The position numbers and the translations under genes were made by a program. Shown here one piece after another: positions 37,637 through 46,018 of a DNA stretch of 64,000 bases (its first letter is position 1; each line of letters opens with the position of its first letter). Source of the stretch: an uncultured bacterium (GTDB lineage: Bacteria; UBP4; UBA4092); the NCBI GenBank assembly GCA_964644695.1, contig CAZXWN010000002.1:62001-126000 (forward strand), read 5' to 3'. The notes below the pieces were generated by a model, which did no database searches, had not been told where the DNA came from, and saw only the letters and a program-made list of their open reading frames with translations.

Positions 37637-38971
37637 ATGACCCATTTCCTACAAATACTTTTACTCATCTGCATTGTGATTTTTGCTGCCAAAATGGCGG
37701 GCGCTTTATCTATTCGATTTGGACAACCTTCAGTTTTTGGTGAAATCCTGATTGGTTTAATTCTGGGGCCTACTGTATTGAATATGATGCATTGGCCATT
37801 GTTTCAGAATATTGAATTTACTGGAACCCTCATGAAGCATTTTGGCAGTATGGGAGTGAAGCCAGAGGAATTGCTTGAGTTAGTTCTGAAAGATATGGCG
37901 GAAATCGGTGTTATTCTTCTGATGTTTGTCGCCGGCATGGAAACAGATATGAAAGAAATGCGGCGGGTAGGTAAAGTGGCCTTCTGGGCGGCGTGTGGCG
38001 GTGTTGTGGCGCCATTATTGGGGGCCTTAGGTGTCGGTGCTGCTTTTGGTCATAGTATTCCTCAAAGCTGGTTTATTGGCGCTATCCTGACGGCTACTTC
38101 AGTCAGTATCAGTGCCCAGACACTCATGGAGCTGCGACAGCTGAAGTCCAAGGAAGGTTCTACAATTCTGGGAGCTGCTGTCATCGATGATGTTTTGGGT
38201 ATCATTGTTTTAGCCCTTGTGGTGGCATTTGAATTGAATACTCAATCAGGCATTCAGGCAACAGGGTCCGGGCATGTTGTTCAAGTAGTTCAAATTGTGG
38301 GGCGAATGGTTATCTTCTTTGCCGTTGCTATATGGCTGGGGTATAAGTTCCTGGATAAGATAACTGAAAAAATCATTAAATTGCCTGTCAGCCAACCACT
38401 GATAGGGTTTGTTTTGATTGTCATTTTCTTTTATGCCTGGGCCGCAGAACATCTCGGCGGAGTGGCCGCCATAACGGGGAGTTATATTGTTGGTGTATTG
38501 TTTGCGCAAACTAAGTTCCGTGAAAAGATTGACCATGGAATCCATCCCATTACTTATTCGTTGTTCGTTCCGTTTTTCTTTATTTCCATTGGAATGGAAG
38601 TCAATGCTCTGCAGCTTGGGAATGATCTTGGATTCCTGATTGCCATTATTATTATGGCTGTTATAACTAAAGTCTTTGGGTGTTGGATGGGTGCCAAATT
38701 AACCGGTTTTACCGGTACAGAATCACTTCGTGTAGGTGTTGGTATGATTTCACGTGGTGAGGTGGGCTTGATTGTGGCGGGAGTGGGACTTAATGCGGGC
38801 ATCATTGATAACAACATTTTTAGCATTATGGTGATTATGGTTTTGTTTACGACAATGATTACTCCATTGTTACTTCGGTTGGTATTCCCGAAAGTTGAGG
38901 AAGAACTTACCGAGGTGCCTGTTTTTGAATCTGTGGCGCATATTGAAGATACCGAAGATAATGAACGCTAG
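37637..38971 (+). CDS. Cation:proton antiporter, CPA2 family (NapA/GerN-like)
   Basis: GQPSVFGEI, ATSVSIS, AAVIDD, PFFF and GMISRGEV; ATG immediately after the gap. Confidence 0.92.
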   Translation: MTHFLQILLLICIVIFAAKMAGALSIRFGQPSVFGEILIGLILGPTVLNMMHWPLFQNIEFTGTLMKHFGSMGVKPEELLELVLKDMAEIGVILLMFVAGMETDMKEMRRVGKVAFWAACGGVVAPLLGALGVGAAFGHSIPQSWFIGAILTATSVSISAQTLMELRQLKSKEGSTILGAAVIDDVLGIIVLALVVAFELNTQSGIQATGSGHVVQVVQIVGRMVIFFAVAIWLGYKFLDKITEKIIKLPVSQPLIGFVLIVIFFYAWAAEHLGGVAAITGSYIVGVLFAQTKFREKIDHGIHPITYSLFVPFFFISIGMEVNALQLGNDLGFLIAIIIMAVITKVFGCWMGAKLTGFTGTESLRVGVGMISRGEVGLIVAGVGLNAGIIDNNIFSIMVIMVLFTTMITPLLLRLVFPKVEEELTEVPVFESVAHIEDTEDNER

Positions 38972-39000
38972 ATTCTTTAGCGATTAGAGAAAGGTAAAGA

Positions 39001-39690
39001 ATGCGTACGCGTGATGTTATCATCTTATTGATTGTTCCTGTGGCAATCTTTACCTGGCTTTATTTTCTTATTAAAGGGCCTTCTTATGACCAACCGGCTC
39101 GATATTTGGAAAAACTAAAAGCTGGCAGATATGTCAGTTTAGTATTTCTGGGAGATTCTATTACCTTTGGTTATGGCGAATCCGATAATTATGTGTATCG
39201 GTTTCGAAAGCGGCTGAAGGGAAGTCAGTACTTTGATCGGACCCGAGTTTATAATGCAGGCGTGGTGGGGGACACTGCCGCCGGTGGATTGGCTCGTCTG
39301 GACAGCACTGTGTTGATATACAAGCCGGATTTAGTTTATGTTGCCTTTGGTGGAAATGATCTAAAGAATCGAATTCCCGTAGGTGATTTTAAACGGGACT
39401 TAACCAGTATCGTCAGGAAACTACAGGAACAGGGATGTGATGTTATGGTGATGACAATGCCCGTCTTTAATATTCCATTGGCAGGTAAGGTGTGTAAACC
39501 CTATAACCGGGCCATTCAAGAAGTAAGTAAGGAAACAGGTGCAGGGCTGGTTGATGTTAATCTGGCTTACCGGAAAGAAATTGGCTGGTTTGGTGATGCG
39601 GGTAAGTTTATGCAGGCTGACAATATCCACCCCAATTCAGAAGGGCATCGGATTATTGCTTCACAAATAAATCAAAGCTTGGGGCTTTAA
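39001..39690 (+). CDS. SGNH/GDSL hydrolase, membrane anchored
   Basis: FLGDSIT, NAGV.G, GGND and DNIHP blocks. Confidence 0.92.
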   Translation: MRTRDVIILLIVPVAIFTWLYFLIKGPSYDQPARYLEKLKAGRYVSLVFLGDSITFGYGESDNYVYRFRKRLKGSQYFDRTRVYNAGVVGDTAAGGLARLDSTVLIYKPDLVYVAFGGNDLKNRIPVGDFKRDLTSIVRKLQEQGCDVMVMTMPVFNIPLAGKVCKPYNRAIQEVSKETGAGLVDVNLAYRKEIGWFGDAGKFMQADNIHPNSEGHRIIASQINQSLGL

Positions 39691-39703
39691 TTTCCTTCCA
39701 CTG

Positions 39704-40768
39704 CTATCCCATTAGTTCGCCGAAAGGCTTCCAAGGCTCCACATGATCACATATTGTTTTCAATGTAGCTACTAGTGGTATTGCCAAAATTAAACCCGTT
39801 ACTCCCCATAACCAACCCCAATACACCATCGCGATCATAATTGCTGTGGGATTAAGACGAACCCTGCTGCCAACCATTTTGGGTAGGAATATATTGGCAT
39901 ATATCAGGTGGGTTAATAGTCCGTATCCAATAACTAATCCCGGTGTCAATAAAGATTCGGTTTCAAGGAATACTAACAATACTGGTGGAATTAAGCCGAG
40001 TACAGGACCGATGACAGGAATGATATTCAAAACTGCAAATATGGCGGCATTTAAAACGGCATAATCTACACCAAGAGCCCAAAATCCTAATATGGTAATT
40101 AACCAAAGCACAATAACAGCAATAAAGTTGCCTGCCAGAAAGCCAATCAATTGTTTTTGAATTTGATGAATAGCCTCCAATGTAGCAGCTCTGTTCTCTT
40201 TGCCAAAGATATTGGCAGTCTTATCTTTTAAGTCATCTCTTGCTATCAAGATAAAGAAGACAATGAACGGAACAAGAAATACATGTGATAGGACGCTCGC
40301 CAAATATAAGAGCATGGAGTTCCAATTGCGATTGTCTTGAATTTTAACTTCTCTGACTGCTGGACCCGATTGTTCTGTTTGTGGAATTATGGCTTCAGTG
40401 GCACGTTCAAGCCGTTTAATTTTACGTTCAATATCTTGAATGACTTTTTCTATCTTAGTTTGATATTTGGGTAAATCAGTAATCAAGTCTTGGGTACGGA
40501 CAAACATAAGACCGGTCATTGAAACTAATAAGACAAGGGTGACAATAATGACTGTAGTCACAGATATCCATCTTGGTATTCTAAGCCGTTCTAACCAGTT
40601 CACAGGGGAATCCAGAATTACAGAAAAAATGAATGAGGCTGTAATTGTGACAATAACAGTCTTTGCATACATGCAAATCAAGGTAAAGAAGACAGCGATT
40701 CCCAGCAGGAAAAAAGTATTTTGGAGTGTTTTTGAACCCGAAATTGGATTTTTTACTGGTTCTGACAC
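39704..40768 (-). CDS. AI-2E family transporter
   Basis: Polytopic; NIIPVIG, P..VG....LNP, WGWLWG..GLILAIP. Confidence 0.9.
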   Translation of the reverse strand: MSEPVKNPISGSKTLQNTFFLLGIAVFFTLICMYAKTVIVTITASFIFSVILDSPVNWLERLRIPRWISVTTVIIVTLVLLVSMTGLMFVRTQDLITDLPKYQTKIEKVIQDIERKIKRLERATEAIIPQTEQSGPAVREVKIQDNRNWNSMLLYLASVLSHVFLVPFIVFFILIARDDLKDKTANIFGKENRAATLEAIHQIQKQLIGFLAGNFIAVIVLWLITILGFWALGVDYAVLNAAIFAVLNIIPVIGPVLGLIPPVLLVFLETESLLTPGLVIGYGLLTHLIYANIFLPKMVGSRVRLNPTAIMIAMVYWGWLWGVTGLILAIPLVATLKTICDHVEPWKPFGELMG

Positions 40769-40873
40769 AGTGTATTCCGCCCTTCAGCCTGAGTTGGAAG
40801 ATTTAATCATAATGGCTGATTTAGTAATTATAATCTAAAAAAAGAAAAAAACTTTTAAATTATGGAAACTTTC

Positions 40874-40903
40874 TTGACTCCTAACATTGTTAACTGATAT
40901 AAA
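40874..40903 (+). promoter_or_regulatory. Putative promoter of the marR-iscS-like operon with internal palindrome
   Basis: TTGACT-18 nt-TATAAA with a TGn extension; TAACA-T-TGTTA at 40882-40892. Confidence 0.5.
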
Positions 40904-40943
40904 GGATAGAGAGGTTTATGATTAATGAAAGGTGGTAGAGAAC

Positions 40944-41528
40944 ATGGAAACTGGAAATCAGAATGGAACTGATAGCATTCCGCGCTATGCAGAGTTGATT
41001 GCAGATTTGCTTAACGAGGTCATGGACCATTTATTAAGTCCAGATTCTCTTGAGAAAATCTGTGGTGAACCTGTGACCCCTTCTCAATTTGAGGTGTTGC
41101 AGTATATCTATCGTCATGGACGCCGGAGTCCTGTGACCCGACTGGCCGATGGGCTGAACATCAGCAGACCCGCAGCAACTAAATTTGTTGACCGGTTGGA
41201 AGAACACAAATGGGTCAAGCGGCGTAATGATCCAGATGATGCCAGAATTTACTATGCGCAGTTAACCGATAAGGGCCTGCATGTAGTAGAGTCCATCAAA
41301 CGGTATCGGTTACAGAGGATACAAACCATTGTCAGCCGCATGAATCATGATGACCAGGTTGCCTTCTTTAAGGGTGTGGAAGGATTTATCCACTCCTCTC
41401 TTGAAGAAGACGATTTGACGACATTGGTTTGCCTAAACTGTGGTTCAGAGGCCGTGCGTGAGTGCCAATTGTATCAGCGATTTGGTCGCTGCATGGATCC
41501 TTCCATGAACTCGTCGAAAACGAAGTAG
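40944..41528 (+). CDS. MarR-family transcriptional regulator with Cys-rich C-terminus
   Basis: TPSQFEVL, LADGLNISRPAATKFVDRLE, DDAR and LTDKG; tail CLNC-x7-C-x8-C. Start at ATG 40944 after GAAAGGTGG. Confidence 0.9.
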   Translation: METGNQNGTDSIPRYAELIADLLNEVMDHLLSPDSLEKICGEPVTPSQFEVLQYIYRHGRRSPVTRLADGLNISRPAATKFVDRLEEHKWVKRRNDPDDARIYYAQLTDKGLHVVESIKRYRLQRIQTIVSRMNHDDQVAFFKGVEGFIHSSLEEDDLTTLVCLNCGSEAVRECQLYQRFGRCMDPSMNSSKTK

Positions 41529-41546
41529 TCAGGAACTATTAATAAT

Positions 41547-42731
41547 ATGGACTGGATTTATCTGGATTATCCAGCCTATGCTCCTGTGGACAGCCGAGTT
41601 GTTGCGGCTATGGAGCCTTGGTGGAGAGAACGATTCGGGAATCCATTATCTCGACATGGTTCTGGAGCTGAAGCCTTACGAGCTGTGAATACGTCCCGGA
41701 GTCAGGTGGCAGAACTGCTGGATTGTCAGCCTGAAGAAATCGTTTTTACCGGGACCGCGACGGAAGCCCTTAATATGGCGATTCAGGGGCTTTATTTTGG
41801 GTATCATTCAGACCATAAATGCCGGTTGTTGATCAGCCAGGCTGAACATGAATCAGTTATTAAAACAGCCCGGGCTCTGGAGTGTTTTGGAGCCCGGGTT
41901 GATTTTATTCCAGTCGATGAGTGGGGTCGAATCACTCCCGATGTTGTGGCAAAGCACCTGACAGATGATACGCTGTTGGTTGCCGTGACGCACGCAAACA
42001 GTGAGGTAGGGACAATACAGCCCCTGGAAGCGATTTCCAAGCTTTGTCTTGATAAAGGGGTATTCATGGTTTGTGATGGAGCGGCTAGTGCTGGAATCCT
42101 TTCTGTATCGCTTGAGAAAATACCTGTATCTGCCTACGCTGTTTCTGCCAACACATTCGGAGGTCCTGCTGGTGTAGGGGCCTTGTTTATTCGTAATGGA
42201 ATCCAATTGTCTCCTCTGATTCATGGCGGAAAACAGGAGTCCCATCTGAGAGCCGGTACTCATAATGTACCTGGGATTGTAGGCATGGGCGAGGCGGCCA
42301 GGCTGGCAAAACAGGAGAGAACAGAACGGGTAGCACATTGCTCCCGTTTACGGGATTTGTTGTGGGAGAGGTTGTCACAAACCACTCCTGAATTACATCT
42401 GACAGGGCATCCTGTTGAACGCCTTCCCGGTCATTTAAGTATTCTTGTGGATTATTTAGAAGGTGAGGCGCTCTTGTTATCAATGGAATTAGAGGCACAG
42501 ATAGTGGCTGCCAGTGGTTCTATTTGTGGAGAGGACCAGTCCGATGCCTATCGTTTATTATTAGCGATGGGGTTTTCACCAGAACGCTCACGGGGTGCTG
42601 TTCGATTTGGACTTGGTTGGGAAACAACCGAAGAGGAAATACTGACTGTTACGGGAATCTTTCCGGAGATAGTCGAACGGTTACGCCGAAAATCCAGGAT
42701 ATGGAACCAACGGAAATCCGATAAATCCTGA
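41547..42731 (+). CDS. Cysteine desulfurase-like protein (IscS/NifS group I) lacking the PLP-binding lysine
   Basis: FGNP.S.H, FTGTATEA, EH, NSEVGTIQP, GG.QE..LRAGT.N and SGSIC; SANTFGGP replaces canonical SxHKxxGP. Confidence 0.88.
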   Translation: MDWIYLDYPAYAPVDSRVVAAMEPWWRERFGNPLSRHGSGAEALRAVNTSRSQVAELLDCQPEEIVFTGTATEALNMAIQGLYFGYHSDHKCRLLISQAEHESVIKTARALECFGARVDFIPVDEWGRITPDVVAKHLTDDTLLVAVTHANSEVGTIQPLEAISKLCLDKGVFMVCDGAASAGILSVSLEKIPVSAYAVSANTFGGPAGVGALFIRNGIQLSPLIHGGKQESHLRAGTHNVPGIVGMGEAARLAKQERTERVAHCSRLRDLLWERLSQTTPELHLTGHPVERLPGHLSILVDYLEGEALLLSMELEAQIVAASGSICGEDQSDAYRLLLAMGFSPERSRGAVRFGLGWETTEEEILTVTGIFPEIVERLRRKSRIWNQRKSDKS

Positions 42732-42736
42732 TCGTC

Positions 42737-44260
42737 TTATTGTTCTTTCATGGGCAGAAAGAGAGTCAATGTTTCATTTCGCATGGGGACTTCAGCAACA
42801 GACTCATAATACATTTCAACGGCTTGCCTGAATGGACCTATCTTCCCTGTTTGTTGTCCCCGGTTCGGGTCCATATTAAGAATAACGACTTTGACTTCTT
42901 GCCGTGACATTTGTTCGCCAATATCTATAAGAGTCTTTAATTGATCAGGATTGCCTTCCCGATACTTCATATAATTGACATATTTGATGAACCAGACATA
43001 TTGCTCCGAAAATTCCCCGGCGATTGGCCTATTGGCTAAAAAAGCAAAATAGGGTGGGGCCAGGATAGGTTCATTGGGAGTGCTGTTCTCATCAATGAAC
43101 CGAACCAGAGATTTAACTTCATCCGATTTTAATTCATAATTGAGACCATTCAAGGTTCGTTTGTTTTGCAGATAACTGGGGTAGGAAAGGAGAAGGAGAA
43201 TCAGTCCCGCAATAACGGGAACCCACGCTGTACCAGAATACTTGAATTCTAATAATCGATACGCACAGTATGCGGAAAATAAGGCAACCGCCGGTTCTCC
43301 CAGTGTGAAGATATAATCCACGGTGCCACCTTTGGTTGCATAAAGAAAGGACAGCAAAGTTCCAATGGCGGCCAGAAGAATGTATGTTTCCACAAATTTA
43401 TCTTTCCAAAGACACCCTTTTATTTGTTCTTTCCAGAAGAAAACCAGTCCTGCCAGAGACGCCGCGATGAGACCTCCTTCCAGAATCAGTATGGTCCCAC
43501 CAATCCACTTTATTTTTCCAAGCATATAAGACAGAGTGTTTTCCTTTGGATAGGTCCCTACCTGGTCTAGAAGTGTATTTTGAAGAAACATCCCCTGGGT
43601 GTAAATCTGAAAACCAACAATGGTGACAGCCAGTAATCCAAGAGAGGGTAATGCAAATTGCGAGAGTTTCTTCCGGTCAGTGAAAATCAGATAAACAAGA
43701 GTTGCTAACAAATAAGGGGCGGCGGTCATATTAGTCAGGACAGATAATGCACCAAATACGCCTGACAAATAAAGGCACTTGGGTGTCTGTTTGAGGAATG
43801 TCCATAACATTAATAACAGCCATAATATTTCGAGTGGTTCACTCTGATATCCCCGTGACCACCAGAATCCGATGGGGAGAAATAGATAGACTGTACCTGC
43901 GAAAAAGGGAAGCCAGGGGCGTTTTTCAGAATTAAACAGGCGAGTAGCTATCAGATATATCAAAACAGCGTGGATAGTGCGTAAAATGAGGGTAAATACC
44001 CTTACGACTATCAGAGGATTATCCAGCCAGTCTCCAATCCTGAGTAAAACGGTGCCGACCAGTAAATGCATGGGCGGTTGAGGTGACATGATGTCTTTGT
44101 AAATCACAACTCCCTGGAGCATTCTTCTGGCAATATAGAGATAGTTTCCATCACCAAAATCGAGATAAGCCAAAGATATTCGCCCCACCATGAGGGACAA
44201 ATAGGCCAGGCAAACGACAACAAAGAAGAATTCAGGGGATAATAATTTCCAACGCTTCAT
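42737..44260 (-). CDS. GT-C (ArnT/PMT-like) integral membrane glycosyltransferase
   Basis: DFGDGNY..IA..ML.G...YKD...PQPP after TM1; many TM helices; periplasmic C-terminal domain. Confidence 0.75.
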   Translation of the reverse strand: MKRWKLLSPEFFFVVVCLAYLSLMVGRISLAYLDFGDGNYLYIARRMLQGVVIYKDIMSPQPPMHLLVGTVLLRIGDWLDNPLIVVRVFTLILRTIHAVLIYLIATRLFNSEKRPWLPFFAGTVYLFLPIGFWWSRGYQSEPLEILWLLLMLWTFLKQTPKCLYLSGVFGALSVLTNMTAAPYLLATLVYLIFTDRKKLSQFALPSLGLLAVTIVGFQIYTQGMFLQNTLLDQVGTYPKENTLSYMLGKIKWIGGTILILEGGLIAASLAGLVFFWKEQIKGCLWKDKFVETYILLAAIGTLLSFLYATKGGTVDYIFTLGEPAVALFSAYCAYRLLEFKYSGTAWVPVIAGLILLLLSYPSYLQNKRTLNGLNYELKSDEVKSLVRFIDENSTPNEPILAPPYFAFLANRPIAGEFSEQYVWFIKYVNYMKYREGNPDQLKTLIDIGEQMSRQEVKVVILNMDPNRGQQTGKIGPFRQAVEMYYESVAEVPMRNETLTLFLPMKEQ

Positions 44261-44360
44261 AGATTGGGAATCATAACATATTCATCGGAAATATTCTGGT
44301 CAGTTGTATGAGTCAGAGAGCACACCGGATAGCATAAATCCTGATACAGAAAATAAGCTG

Positions 44361-45749
44361 TTATTTTGACTTTTCACGACCAAGATTCTTTAAATCGTTT
44401 TTGTATCGTCCGATAGCCTTATCGATTTCGACATCCGACTTTAAATAAGTCCTTGCTTTATTGACACGAAATCTTATTTCCTCCGTTGGGCATTCTTTGC
44501 ACAATGTCTCATAAATATCCAGAGCCTTGGCATAAAACCCACGATTCATATAAGCATCACCCACAGATGCAATTTCGGTCCAGGCCTCATTGAAATGATT
44601 CTTCGATTTATAGATGTCTGCCACCTTGCGAGCTATCTGCTCATTTAAGGGGTTAATATGAAGCAATCTGCGGAAATTATGGATTTGTTTTTTTTCTTCT
44701 TCGGATAATTCCAGCTCGGGTTGGTCCGCGGATGCTGTCGAAACTAATTGTTGACCCAGATTGTCTGTACCTTGAGCAGCAGCTGGAGGCTGATGTATAG
44801 GAGCTGTGGGGTCATGGGGGCAGTCTTCAGGCTTTACCCCAAGTGCCACCAAACGAATACGGGCTTCTTTTACTCCCGGGTCCAGTTCAAGAACCTTTCT
44901 ATAAAAGAATTTTGCTTCATCTGCCTGACCCTGCATTCGGTAAAGATTGGCAACAGCCAGATACTCATCAATTAAATCGTATTCCAGATTATCTTCCAGA
45001 TAGGTGTTGATGTATTCCAATCGAAGTTCGATATTATCTGGATCGTAAAGAATCTGGTCCTGAAGTGCCGCCAATTTATCTTCCGTTGATGGTCCCTTTG
45101 TTTTGGGTTCAGCGGCCGGTGGTGGGACCGGAGCTTCAGGTGCTTTCTCCATCACTTCTTCTTGTTTAGGAGGAACTTCGTCCTTAACCGTTTCTACTGG
45201 AGTCTCTTCAATTTTATTCTCTACGGGCGGAGTCTCAGGTGTGTCTGGTACGGTATCTTTTTCTGGTAAATTGACAACAAGTGTTTGTTCTTCTTCCGGA
45301 ATGGATGGTTTTCGGGAAAAAACTTCTTTCCAGGGGCCTTCCATCTCATCTATATCCCGCAGTTTTTGTTTAGGTACCTCATCGGTATCAGATACAGATA
45401 TATCATCTTCTTTACTGGGAATAAATTTCAATGTGGCATCATCTTTAGGTCCGATAGGGTCCAGAGGAATTAATTCCTCAACAGGTTTTGGTACGGGTAC
45501 AGAAGTGGAAGCGGACTTGGGAGATGAGGGGAGTTTCCCCAGAGAATCCCTTTCAGGTCCAGGTTTCAATGATTGTTTACCCAACAGGTTGTCTAAGGAT
45601 TCCAACTCATGTATGGGTTGAGGTCCACCTGCGGCTGTTTTTAATTCATCTTTTAATGCATCATCCCACGGATTTGTTCCGGGTTTATTTTCATTTAATG
45701 GTTTATTAGGTTGATTCCGTAAAGGGTCATCTAATGGGTCAAAATTCAT
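44361..45749 (-). CDS. TPR protein with long acidic Pro-rich disordered N-terminus
   Basis: About 220 low-complexity P/E/D/K residues, then TPR-like repeats (A.LY...G..DEA...Y.KVLELDP). Confidence 0.8.
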   Translation of the reverse strand: MNFDPLDDPLRNQPNKPLNENKPGTNPWDDALKDELKTAAGGPQPIHELESLDNLLGKQSLKPGPERDSLGKLPSSPKSASTSVPVPKPVEELIPLDPIGPKDDATLKFIPSKEDDISVSDTDEVPKQKLRDIDEMEGPWKEVFSRKPSIPEEEQTLVVNLPEKDTVPDTPETPPVENKIEETPVETVKDEVPPKQEEVMEKAPEAPVPPPAAEPKTKGPSTEDKLAALQDQILYDPDNIELRLEYINTYLEDNLEYDLIDEYLAVANLYRMQGQADEAKFFYRKVLELDPGVKEARIRLVALGVKPEDCPHDPTAPIHQPPAAAQGTDNLGQQLVSTASADQPELELSEEEKKQIHNFRRLLHINPLNEQIARKVADIYKSKNHFNEAWTEIASVGDAYMNRGFYAKALDIYETLCKECPTEEIRFRVNKARTYLKSDVEIDKAIGRYKNDLKNLGREKSK

Positions 45750-45887
45750 GTTAACCTCGTACTACTTACAATGGGTTTTAGCATCATATTTTACGATGCA
45801 ATCCTGGGTACAACCATTCAGAATATGAAGTAAATATTTTACCTAAATATTGTTCCTCATTGTTTCAATACCCCATACTCTATCTTC

Positions 45888-45916
45888 AGTATAAGAAGCC
45901 TCTTAGCCAGTGTCAA
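45888..45916 (-). promoter_or_regulatory. Putative sigma70-type promoter for the TPR gene
   Basis: Minus strand TTGACA-17 nt-TATACT. Confidence 0.65.
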
Positions 45917-45952
45917 TAAAAAGAACGGAAATTATCAATACTTTTGTTGAAA

Positions 45953-45997
45953 CGAATCATCCACGGAGCTGTTCCGAGCAGGTCCGTGGATGATTCG
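45953..45997. repeat. 45-bp near-palindromic intergenic element, copy 4 (opposite orientation, perfect 15-bp arms)
   Basis: CGAATCATCCACGGA-GCTGTTCCGAGCAGG-TCCGTGGATGATTCG. Confidence 0.92.
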
Positions 45998-46018
45998 AAA
46001 AGCGTCTTGTTCTGAAGT

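Noticed and set aside
36505-38971. Extended ThiL (412 aa) and N-terminally extended antiporter in the ORF track
   Set aside because: Both are artefacts of translating through the 100-N gap. ThiL's usual C-terminal GYxHF precedes the gap, and the antiporter has its own ATG at 37637.
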